From Leucoraja ocellata (taxonomy: Eukaryota): a DNA stretch of 64,000 nt. The stretch spans positions 62,001 to 126,000 of the forward strand of contig JAWMAR010001748.1 in assembly GCA_036785375.1 (NCBI GenBank), written 5' to 3'. Of this stretch, positions 39,015 through 49,485 are shown one piece after another. Every line of letters starts with the position of its first letter. The stretch's first letter is position 1. The position numbers and the translations under genes are program-made. The notes beneath the pieces were generated by a model. It made no database searches and was not told the origin of the DNA. It saw only the letters and a list, made by a program, of their open reading frames with translations.

Positions 39015-39480
39015 CAATTGTCAAATCCTGTGAATTATATGGATTGCATCATGGCCTGTTTCGGGAACATCCAGGAGCGGAAAAGGCTGCAAAATGTTGT
39101 AACCACTGGCCAATCCATAACCGGCTCGGACCCCCCATCATCAAAGGGATGTATCGGAGTCGCTGCCTCCAAAAGGAAGCCAACATCATCAGAGACCCAC
39201 ACCATCCTGCCCACACACTCATCTCACCACTGCCATCGGGAAGAAGGTACAGGAGCCTGAGAACTGTAAAGTCCAGGTTCAGGAACAGCTTCTTCCCTAC
39301 AGCCATCAGGCTATTAAACACTACAACCTCATATGCTCTGAACTACAATAGACTATTATTATTATTATCATTATTGCACTGTTATTGTTTGTTTTGAGTA
39401 TGTGTGCATGTATACATGTAAACACATCATTGTTCTATCTGGGACATATGACAATAAAACATTCTTGACTCTCGACTCTC
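39015..39480 (+). mobile_element. Rex1-type LINE 3' fragment ending about 40 bp from the CH1 donor
   Basis: LPSGRRYRSL...FRNSFFPTAIRLLN; ATGACAATAAA plus tail. Confidence 0.8.
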
Positions 39481-39519
39481 AACTCCACCCTCGGCCTCGC
39501 ACTGCACCCCAACACAAAC

Positions 39520-39816
39520 CTGGTACTTTCTCTACATAGTCTTTTTGGTTGTGCTGAACCACGCAGAAGATGTCGCCAGTCCCTGCCTCCGCCTCGGTGA
39601 TGGTTAACTCGCTGCTCCGGGTGTAAGTTCCCAACTTATTGAATACTGCCGGGTAGTCCTTCACTCCGGTGGTCAGTTCTTTATCATCTTTCTTCCAAGA
39701 AACACTGGCGCCTGCAGGGGAATAGCCCAACGCCAAACAACCGTAGGTGAACGAACCACTGGAGCCGTGATCCTCACAGGTGAAGAGAATGAAGAGGCTG
39801 GGCGGGGATTGAGCCG
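39520..39816 (-). CDS. IGHM: IgM CH1 exon (AAQSPPSLFILFTCEDH...YGCLALGYSP...VSWKK...IFCVVQHN...VP)
   Basis: 297 nt, phase 1/1. C1-set Cys/Trp/Cys plus an N-terminal Cys at the usual L-chain-linking position. Confidence 0.93.
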
Positions 39817-40094
39817 CTGCAAGGCAAAGGCCACATGAATGTTAAACTCGTTAACCAGTTTTCTATTTCATGCAACTTCACCTGAGTATCATCAACTATT
39901 AGCTAATCATTCCGCCTTGATCCCACCTTGGAAAACATTGGCTGAAAACTTCTTGGGGTGCCAATATCTGCCAGTTACTGTCCATATTAGAGTTGGAAAT
40001 ATATCGATAGGCCTCCAGTATTAATTACTGTCAAATTCCCAGGGTTTCTCAGGAATGCTCAATACTCAGTGGCTATAACTAACGTTGGCCTATG

Positions 40095-40590
40095 GGTTAC
40101 AATCTCACCAAACTCCTTGTTGCAACTGGGGATGATGGAGTAAGGGCGGAACTACAGGATACAGTGTAGACACGTGTGAGAGCCTCGTCTATGGGAAAAG
40201 TGGGGAATACCCGCTCCCTAAAGAATGAGGACCTCGGATATCCTGGGATGGAACAACTCGTCTTGGGAACAGTTGCACGGAGACGGATGAATTTGGGAGT
40301 ACGACATAGAGCCTTTGCAGGAGGCAAGGTTGGAAGAGGTGAAGTCCCGATAGCTGTGGGAGTCCGTAGATTTGCAATTTATGTCAGTCGATAGTCTAAC
40401 TCCTGCGATGGAGACGGTGAGATCAACAAAGAGGAGGTATGTGTTGGGGATGGACCCGGTGAATTTGATCGTATGATCAAAGTTTGTAGACAATGAAGTC
40501 GATGAGTTCTGTCTGGGTACAGGATGAAGAGTTCAGGGATAGGGGCCAGTCTATGTCAGGGGTTGTTCCATGTACCCAACTAAATGGAGA
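40095..40590 (-). mobile_element. Degraded Penelope-like RT fragment
   Basis: IKFT...FVDL...KSTDSHSY-like motifs in ORF 40218-40493. Confidence 0.65.
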
Positions 40591-40607
40591 TTGGTGAAAT
40601 GATGCGC

Positions 40608-41972
40608 AATGTTGGAAACAACATTTTCTCTGCTATTTGAATTATAGAACAGTTGTCCCACTAATCCGTGAACAGTGGGAATTGCAATCAATGGTTCAAA
40701 GGAGGGTTTGACTGACGTTTAAAATTACATTTGCATTTATTTAATTAAAATTAAATAATTTAGGTAGGTTTCGCTTGGGCCACTGTGCATGCCCATGGCG
40801 AAACTTTTGATTTGGAGGGAGAGGGAAGAGTTTTTGTTTTACAAATGTGTTCAGAGATTATCTGACAAAATCACAGAAATTGGAAGGGTAACGGGGTTTC
40901 CATGTCGGGCTCCCGAACATAATTTGGGAGAAGACAAAAATAAACAATCACAATCTTGTTCGTGAAATTTGGCCTTAAATGTGTCCATCGGACGAAACCA
41001 ACTAAGGGGGTGGATGGGATTGAAATGGTAGCTCTGTTATTTAACAACAAATAACACACTTAAAATGTCACTTTTTTCTGTATTTTGTTGGCCCATCACT
41101 CACGAGAATATACCGATCATTTGTATGCCGACAGTAATTGCAAGTAAATTCCGAAAAGCAAACCAGCCGACAAGAACATTACATTCACACCAGATTAAAC
41201 ACATGTATGAGATTACATTATAAGGATTAAAAATAACTCTCTCAATATAATATCTGAATTAATAGAGGTTATGTACCACACCTTCTGGAAACTAAATGTA
41301 GCATATAAATTGTAAGAACATGTAAATACTTCATAATTAAATAAATTGGTACAGGTTTCAATGTTTGTCTGTGTGCACCATTGCCTTAATGAATTCAATA
41401 ATAATCCATTGAAATTAATGTTTATACAATGACGCTCAGTTCCGTTTCCAGCATCTTTAAACCGAGTTTACGTTCCAAATGTCATCGGCACTGAAGAACG
41501 AATGATTAACATTGTATCTCTGTCCGATAGGAAACGAATAAAAAATATACCAATTATAAATTACAACCTGCAATCTATTAAAACAATATGTGAGTTTGCT
41601 TCGTGACTTTAACAGGAAAAGGTTTTAAGTCATATAGTAGTCTACGTTTAATAGTGAAAATGCACAATGTTGCTAAATCAATGTTTTAATTCAATAAATG
41701 CAAATGTAAATTTGAACGTCACTCAAACCCTCCCCAAAGCCATCGATTTCAATTCCCACTTTGTTCAAGGATTAGTGAGATACCCTGTTTTATAATTAAA
41801 ATTAAGATAGCAAAGTCAGGGGATATGGGGAGAAGGCGGGAACGGGGTACTGATTTGGGAAGATCAGCCATAATCACATTGAATGGCGGCGCTGGCTCAA
41901 AGACCGAATGGCCTCCTCCTGCACCTATTGTCTATTGTCTAAAATAGCAGAGAAAAATTAGTTTCCAACATT
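40608..41972. repeat. Degenerate long inverted repeat (arms about 40608-40760 and 41675-41972), each arm with an octamer
   Basis: GGAGGGTTTGACTGACGTTTAAAATTACATTTGCATTTAT vs ATAAATGCAAATGTAAATTTGAACGTCACTCAAACCCTCC; similarity continues across the CR1 insert 41803-41940. Confidence 0.85.
41803..41940 (+). mobile_element. Short CR1 3' end, TSD AAAAT
   Basis: CR1 3'UTR with CTATTGT tail; AAAAT at 41798-41802 and 41941-41945. Confidence 0.85.
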
Positions 41973-43442
41973 CCATTTTATTTCCCAATTTTTCTTTTTT
42001 TTTTTACCGTAACTATTCGTAAAACTGATATTTTTCATTAGCAATTTACTAAATAGAGAAACATTTTATGTTTAAATGACATTGGGAGCCACAGACAAAC
42101 ATGGATTCAAATTATCTTTCTAATAAATCCATGGATTAAACGTTATTCCAAAACTACAACTGTTCCGAAATCTCCCCATTATACATTCAACGCATTTTCC
42201 AAATGGGAAAAATCGTGATCTTTGACATAAAACAGATTAGGTTAGGCAGCAACTGTGGAAAGAGAAAACCAAGCATTTTCCATGTCGACTATCATTGGGG
42301 GACTAAACCATGGCGAATTCAGTAGAGGTATAGCATAGAAATAGACCCTTCTGCCAACCAAATCCAGGGCCACACACAAGTTCCACGTTATCACACTATC
42401 GCATTCAACCCCGACCCACCCGGGTCAATCACCCAGGTCATTTAACCTGCAAACCTGCACTCTTTTGGGTTGTGGGAGGAAAGCTGAGCACCAGTAAGAA
42501 ACCACAGGGAGAACGCACAGTTCTCACCGTCTGCACCTGATTTCGGGAACGAAGTCTGGTCTCTGGGCTACAACTTGTCATTCGGCTCCCCTCTATGGGA
42601 CTTGTCTTTCGCCACAGGCTGCGTGACCCTCTAGGCGTTTGCAACATTTACTGTTCCTATTTATGATTTCTAGTAATATATTCTTATTTTTATTTTTAAA
42701 CATATATCTTCTTTGCGTTCATTGAAATAACATAATCGGACACGTCATACAACAGAAATACCCGGTCGCTGCCACTCGAATTGAACGGACAAACACGTCA
42801 AACTGCGCAACAATATCGTTTCCCACAGTGACCGGCTGAATCATACCGCCGATGGGATGAATCACATACACAAATTTGCTGAACCTCCACAAAAATCCAA
42901 ATATCTCTGTCTAAACACCACCGAAATTCATTGTTCCAATGACCACAGAGCCAATCATTGTTGAAATTAAGATGAATAACACAATACACGTGGATTAACA
43001 TTTCCATATAATGTGAATTTCCTTCAGTTCCTCTGTACCTAGTACACCCGGTACATTGTCATTCTATAGATCGCGTTTCACGGATTTTGCTTTCTTAGCT
43101 TTGCTGTAACATTGGTTCACATGGCCAACTCATTGTACTTCAAGGTAGACAAAACAAGTTGGAGTAACTCAGCGGGAGAGGCAGAGTTAATCCAGCTTTG
43201 TGTCAATCGGCAGCGTAAATCAGCATCCACTATTCCTTCCTATTCATTGTACTTCAAGATATATAACTGCGCAATTAACCCTGACCCTTGCACTTCTGTG
43301 TGTTGCTGCAAGATATTTTTACTTCTTCCATGCAAGTTTTGTTAGCGATTGGATTAAAGGTGGCAAGGCGATTTCACCAATTAATACATACACTTTAAAA
43401 ACTTGAACATTTTACACCCAGGATTTATCCGTTACTATGTTT

Positions 43443-43669
43443 AAGAAGGAACTGCAGATGCTGGAGAATCGAAGGTAGACAAAAAAGCTGGAGAAACTCA
43501 GCGGGTGCAGCAGCATCTATGGAGCGAAGGAAATAGGCAACGTTTCGGGCCGAAACCCTTCTTCAGTCTGAAGTCTGAAGAAGGGTTTCGGCCCGAAACG
43601 TTGCCTATTTCCTTCGCTCCATAGATGCTGCTGCACCCGCTGAGTTTCTCCAGCTTTTTTGTGTACCTT
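43443..43669. mobile_element. Penelope-derived palindromic insertion (95-bp arms) with 18-bp flanking duplication
   Basis: Arms 43472-43566 and 43575-43669 (1 mismatch); TTATCCGTTMCTATGTTT at 43425-43442 and 43670-43687. Confidence 0.88.
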
Positions 43670-44077
43670 TTATCCGTTCCTATGTTTGTTTCATATGCGC
43701 TGAGAAGAAACAAACTGAGACCAAGTGAGACCTGCTGTTGATTAGAAAATACAGTTCGATGCATCGCAGATCAAGGACCACCACAATCTCAAACAATTAG
43801 AAAACACAGTGAAAGCAAATTGATGCAAAATGTTCCACTAATTTGGAACTAAACCGCATCCACTTCATAGTCAAAGGATCGAAAGTCATAGCACATAAGG
43901 CGTTTAAATCGGCAATCTCACTGCAGCAAAATCACATAACATTCTAAAGCAACATCGATCCAACATTGCAATGAATGGGTAATTAATGTAGAAGAACAAT
44001 TTAATATAATTATTGGAAATATAGGTTAAAATTACAACTGGATACATCTAGAGACTGAATATGATGAAGTTTCTTAC

Positions 44078-44125
44078 CGCTGGTTACCGTCACCATGGTT
44101 CCTCCTCCCCAGTTTTCAAGATAGT
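44078..44125 (-). CDS. IGHJ: JH segment (YLENWGGGTMVTVTS)
   Basis: WGxGTxVTV motif; GTAAG phase-1 donor. Confidence 0.95.
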
Positions 44126-44164
44126 CACGGTGTTACATTCTATGGGGTTCTTCACACAATAACA
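44126..44164 (-). promoter_or_regulatory. JH 23-RSS (heptamer CACGGTG, nonamer ACAATAACA)
   Basis: Read on +: CACGGTG 44126-44132, 23-nt spacer, ACAATAACA 44156-44164. Confidence 0.88.
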
Positions 44165-44489
44165 TGATCTGCACAAGGCAGGCAAAAAAAGAACAAAAAC
44201 CTGTAATTATTCGTATTTCACATCTAAAGCAAATGCCATTGCTCTTTGAAAACAATGAATGCATTAAAAAAATAATTTCCAACAATAATCACATACCACG
44301 GCCCCGTGTATTAAACAGGGCAGTGAAATGTGATAAGAATCATCTACATATAAAATATAAATTAACTCAAGTTACCTCTACAATAAAATGTGCGGAAATA
44401 TTCCGGGACATGTTAATGCTCCTGTTGTATGAAATATTCAATTGAAAATATCATATACTGGCCCAGATCACAGTATTATGGGTTGTGGA

Positions 44490-44557
44490 TGTTTTTGTAT
44501 TGGTAGGAACCGCTGTGCCATATAGTATACACAGTGAAACATGTCATGTCAAATACT
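44490..44557 (-). other. DH2 segment TATACTATATGG (44518-44529) with 12/12 RSSs
   Basis: Minus strand: AGTATTTGA-12-CACTGTG | D | CACAGCG-12-ACAAAAACA. Confidence 0.9.
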
Positions 44558-44809
44558 TCGCTCTTCAAGAACTGATGCATGTACAGCTAACAGAGGATGG
44601 ATGTCCCAGGGGACTCTTCGCTGTCACTTGTAAAGCTAAACGCTGTTCTTCTAAAGCTCATGTAAAATAACGTTAATTGGTCGGAAGACAGTTGGACATT
44701 TCTCAAAACAATCCATGTAACTTTAAGCGGTGAAAATTCATTAGAATTTGCTTCACACGGCCTCTCCTACGGTGCTTGTAGGTTGGAGCAGGATAAAACT
44801 AGGTGCCCA

Positions 44810-44886
44810 GGTTTTTGTACGAGGAAGTCGCTGTTTGCAGCACCGTGACCCCACTGTACACAGTGAGACAGACCCGCACAAAAACC
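44810..44886 (-). other. DH1 segment TACAGTGGGGT (44848-44858) with 5' 12-RSS and 3' 22-RSS
   Basis: Minus strand: GGTTTTTGT-12-CACTGTG | D | CACGGTG-22-ACAAAAACC. All three D frames are open (YSG, TVG, QWG). Confidence 0.93.
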
Positions 44887-45222
44887 TCACATACAGCTCA
44901 CACTCAGGTTTCATTTGAAACACGATTTTAAATGGTCCAGCAGTTCACAGAGAACACAGTAAATATACATAACACCAACAATCTCCCTTCGTCTCACTTG
45001 CGTTATGGAATGAGTATATTTTCGTGGTCTATGATTTTACACAACGCTATCGGTATGCGTGAAGCGAATTAAAAAAAACTCATACATTTGGTTACATTTT
45101 TGAATATCGTGTTGGATTTGCGAATGGTAGTTTGCCTCCATTTGCCGACTGTTATTATAGCTGTTGAAATAATTGCTCACCTCTAGTCTTTGATGGTAAA
45201 AGCTGGACTTCCCAACCGTTGC

Positions 45223-45261
45223 CGTTGTTGTACGGGTCTGACATTGAATGCTCACACTGTG
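45223..45261 (-). promoter_or_regulatory. VH 23-RSS (CACAGTG-23-ACAACAACG)
   Basis: Consensus heptamer 45255-45261, 23-nt spacer, variant nonamer 45223-45231. Confidence 0.9.
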
Positions 45262-45565
45262 TCTCTCGCACAGTAATAGACAGCGGTGTCTTCGATCTTC
45301 AGGTTCCTGGCGATCACGGTGAACATATTATTCGAATTGTCTTTGGACGGAGTAAATCGGCTCTCTATCCCCGGAGCGAAGTACTTGTTACCAGAATTGT
45401 AGTAAGCAAGCAGCCACTCCAGCCCCTGTCCGGGGACCTGACGGACCAAATGCATATAGTAGCTGCTAAGAGTGAACCCGCTGGTTTTACAGTTCAGTGT
45501 GATGGAGCCTCCAGGAACGGCGGTCCCTGTCTTGGGCTGAGTGAGAACGATCTCGGAATGGACAC
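45262..45565 (-). CDS. IGHV: VH exon: [97 protein letters not shown]
   Basis: TTGCAG acceptor; open frame with both canonical Cys, GLEW and DTAVYYCAR; followed directly by heptamer CACAGTG. Confidence 0.96.
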
Positions 45566-45738
45566 CTGCAAGTTAAAAAAAGGCATGAATGGCGAGGATA
45601 AAATATTGACCATGAATCCCCCACTCTAATTATCAATAGGAAATACATTGGGAGGGTTCTAGAGTGGGTAGAAGGGGAATGGTGTAGGGGATATAGCACT
45701 GCGAAACGCGTGAGGAATTTGTCCAACTCATTACTCAC

Positions 45739-45784
45739 GGACTATTAACGCCAGGAACAGACTGAGTGAAACCGCAGACATCAT
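45739..45784 (-). CDS. IGHV: IgH leader exon (MMSAVSLSLFLALIV, phase 1)
   Basis: ATG at 45784; 46-nt hydrophobic signal exon followed by GTGAGT donor; splices in frame to the V exon ([11 protein letters not shown]). Confidence 0.93.
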
Positions 45785-45839
45785 CCCGCTGGGAAGTGTG
45801 ACCCGGTTGTTTCTGTACAGAACCTCGCAACAAACCCAC

Positions 45840-45990
45840 TGCAAGGAAGTTGGACTTCGGCCCGTCTTAGAGAGAATTAAATACCCGGCAAAAGTGGGCG
45901 CGGCTGTGGGTGGGACCAGTGGTGCAGCGGGCGGAGCTGAGACACGGCTCCAAACTCAACAGCGAGATGGACTCACGATATCACATCTAT
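45840..45990 (-). promoter_or_regulatory. VH promoter: TATA-like TATTTAA (45877-45883), decamer-like TGTGATATCG (45976-45985), no octamer
   Basis: Motifs read directly upstream of the leader ATG; function inferred from position. Confidence 0.5.
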
Positions 45991-46649
45991 TAACTGATAC
46001 ACATGCACACGAGGTTAATAAAACAGCGTACTAATCCGCCCCTTACACAATATAAACTCACGGTATAGTTGTAAATAAGATGAATAAGATGGTTGAAAGA
46101 TTGGTCTCATCGTGCAGTTTTTCGTAAAATATGTTCGGAATTCCTCAAATTTATATTAAAATGCTTCGTGGTGTGCGTGTGCTTGCGTGTGTGAGAGGGA
46201 GAGAGAGGAGAGAGGAGAANNNNNNNNNNNNNNNNNNNNNNNNNNNNNNNNNNNNNNNNNNNNNNNNNNNNNNNNNNNNNNNNNNNNNNNNNNNNNNNNN
46301 NNNNNNNNNNNNNNNNNNNNNNNNNNNNNNNNNNNNNNNNNNNNNNNNNNNNNNNNNNNNNNNNNNNNNNNNNNNNNNNNGATAGGTAGACATAAAATGC
46401 TGGAGAAACTCAGCCGGGACAGGCAGCATCTCTGGAGAGAAGGAATGTGTGACGTTTTGGGTCGAGAGCCTTCTTCAGACCTCCAGAGACACTGCCTGTC
46501 CCGCTGAGTTACTCCAGCATTTTGTGTCTAGCTTCATTTAAAGCAGCATCTGCAGTTCTTTCCTACACATTCGTTGTTATCAATATGAGCCGTTCGAACA
46601 ATATTGGGACTGTCCATTCCAATATCAAGATACATTTATTTGTCACATT

Positions 46650-46950
46650 ATCCTTAAACTGTGACCCCTTGTCCTGGACTTCCCCAACATTGGGAATAAT
46701 CTTCCTGCATCTAGCCTGTCCAACCCCTTAAGAATTTTGTAAGTTTCTATAAGATCCCCCCACAATCTTCTAAATTTTAGCGAGTACAAGCCGAGTCTAT
46801 CCAGTCTTTCTTCATATGATAGTCCTCACATCCCAGGAATCAGTCTGGTGAACCTTCTCTGCACACCCTCTATGGCAAGAATGTCTTTCCTCAGATTTGG
46901 AGACCAAAACTGTACGCAATACTCCAGGTGTGGTCTCACCAAGACCCTGT
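46650..46950 (-). mobile_element. CR1 fragment
   Basis: Reverse complement of the ORF2 C-terminal region seen in other copies. Confidence 0.8.
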
Positions 46951-47069
46951 TGAATGAAGGCACATTCTAACCAATCAATCAATGAGCATATTTGTTGGAT
47001 AGTGTTTCAATGGACTGGTAGGGCGGATGGTGTAGAAAAATCTAATAGAGATATCTGAAGAGATATCAC

Positions 47070-48025
47070 TGTACTCACTCTATACTCATGACTGCGTAGC
47101 CGGTCACAGTGCCAACTCCATCATCAAATTCACTGACGACACCACTGTTGTGGGACGTATCACTGATGGGGATGAGTCAGAGTATAGAAGAGAGATCGAG
47201 CAACTGTCCATATGGTGCCAGCACAATAACCTGGCCCTCAACACCAGCAAAACCAAGGAATTGATTGTGGACTTTAGAAGTAGTAGGATGGGACCCACAG
47301 TCCTGTTTATATCAACGGGTCAATGGTTGAAAGGGTCAAGAGCTTCAAATTCCTGGGCGTGCACATCTCTGAAGATCTTTCCTGGTCCGAGAACACTGAT
47401 GCAATTATTAAGAAAGCTCATCAGCGCCTCTACTTCCTGAGAAGATTATGGATAGTCAGTTTGTCAAGTGGGCTCTCTCTAACTTCTACAGGTGCACAGT
47501 AAAGAGCATGCTGACCGGTTGCATCGTGGCTTGGTTCGGCAATTTGAGCGCCCTGGAGAGGAAAAGACTACAAAAAGTAGTAAACACTGCCCAGTCCATC
47601 ATCGGCTCTGATCTTCCTTCCATCGAGGGGATCTATCGCAGTCGCTGCCTCAAAAAGGCTGGCAGCATCATCAAGGACCCACACCATCCTGGTCACACAC
47701 TCATCTCCCTGCTACCTTCAGGTACAAGGTGTAGGAGCCTGAAGACTGCAACAACCAAGTTCAGGAATAGCTACTTCCCCACAGCCATCAGGCTATTAAA
47801 CCTGGCTCGGACAAAACTCTGAACATTAATAGCACATTATTTGTTATTTGCACTTCATCAGTTTATTTATTCATGTGTGTATATATTTATATCATGGTAT
47901 ATGGACACACTGATCTGTTTTGTAGTAAATGCCTACTATGTTCTGTTGTACTGAAGCAAAGCAAGAATTTCATTGTCCTATCAGGGACACATGACAATAA
48001 ACTCTCTTGAATCTGGAATCTTGAG
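47070..48025 (+). mobile_element. Rex1-type LINE 3' part
   Basis: IKFTDDTTVVG, LALNTSKTKELIVDF and FKFLGV motifs; ATGACAATAAA tail. Confidence 0.85.
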
Positions 48026-48159
48026 TTATCTGAGGAGATAGATAGAAACAGTAGTTACCCGATTTGTGAGGAAAACATGAGGAGTATTGAAAATTTGAAT
48101 GTGCATACGGACAATTATAGTTTACTGCACTCCAACATAGTATTCTTCTTAAACTTATA

Positions 48160-49485
48160 GCACACGGTATTGGGGGATCAGTATTGATGTGGATAGAGAA
48201 CTGGCTGGCAGACAGGAAGCAAAGAGTAGGAGTAAACGGGTCCTTTTCACAATGGTAGGCAGTGACTAGTGGGGTACCGCAAGGCTCAGTGCTGGGACCT
48301 CAGCTATTTACAATATATATTAAAGATTTGGACGAGGGAATTGAATGCAATCTCCAAGTTTGCGGATGACACAAAGCTGGGGGGCAGCGTGAGCCCCCCA
48401 GCTTCCACAGTTTAAGGATAAGGGGGAAATTATTATTTAAATGGTGGCCGATTAGGAAAAGGGGAGTTGCAACGAGACCTGGGTGTCATGGTACACCAGT
48501 TATTGAAAGTAGGCATGCAGGTGCAGCAGGCAGTGAAGAAAGCGAATGGTATGTTAACATTCATAGCAAAAGGATTTGAGTATAGGAGCAGGGATGTTCT
48601 ACTCCAGTTGTACAGGGTCTTGGTGAGACCACAACTGGAATATTGCGTTCAGTTTTGGTCTCCTAATCTGAGGAAAGACATTCTTGCCATAGAGGGAGTA
48701 CAGAGAAGGTTCACCAGACTGATTCCTGGGATGTCAGGACTTTCATATGAAGAGAGACTGGATAGACTCGGCTTGTATTCGCTAGAATTTAGAAGATTGA
48801 AGAGGGATCTTATAGAAACTTACAAAATTCTTAAGGGGTTGGACAGGCTAGATGCAGGAAGAATGTTCCCGATGTTGGGGAAATCCAGGACAAGGGGTCA
48901 CAGTTTAAGGATAAAGGTGAAATCCTTTAGAACCGAGATGAGAGAAAAAATTTTCACACAGAGAGTGGTGAATCTCTGGAATTCTCTGCCACAGAAGATA
49001 GTTGAGGCCAGTTCATTGGCTATATTTACGAGGGAGTTAGATGTGGCCCTTGTGGTTAAAGGTATCAGGGGGTATGGAGAGAAGGCAGGTATAGGATACT
49101 GAATTGGATGATCAGCCATGATCATATTGAATGGCGGTGCAGGCTCGAAGGGCCGAATGGCCTACTCCTGCACCTATTTCCTATGTTTCTATGTTTCTAA
49201 ATCTTTTAGGACCGAGACGAGAAAAATATTTTTCACACGGTGGTGAATCTCTGGAATTCTCTGCCACAGCAGATAGTTGAGGCCAGTTCATTGGCTATAT
49301 TTAAGAGGGAGTTAGATGTGGCCCTTGTGGCTAAAGGGATCAGGGGGTATGGAGAGAAGGCAGGTACAGGATACTGAGACATGGATGATCAGCCATGATC
49401 ATATTGAATGGCGGTGCAGGCTCGAAGGGCCGAATGGCCTACTCCTGCACCTAATTTCTATTTTCTATGTTTCTATGTTTCTATG
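48160..49485 (+). mobile_element. Rearranged CR1 fragment with duplicated 3' end
   Basis: ORF 48467-49102; 49200-49485 repeats about 48920-49198. Confidence 0.88.

Larger units (their letters stand above)
30661..45784 (-). other. IGHM: Complete germline (unrearranged) elasmobranch IgM heavy-chain cluster: L-VH-D1-D2-JH-CH1-CH2-CH3-CH4/Sec-TM1-TM2
   Basis: Each exon located with GT-AG boundaries and compatible phases. V, D, D and J lie about 320-400 bp apart with RSSs. Four C domains, a tailpiece and a TM1/TM2 KVK tail are typical of mu. Confidence 0.96.

Noticed and set aside
33881-39816. IgW or IgNAR identity
   Set aside because: Four C domains, a CH1 with L-chain Cys, a mu-type tailpiece and a conventional VH fit IgM.
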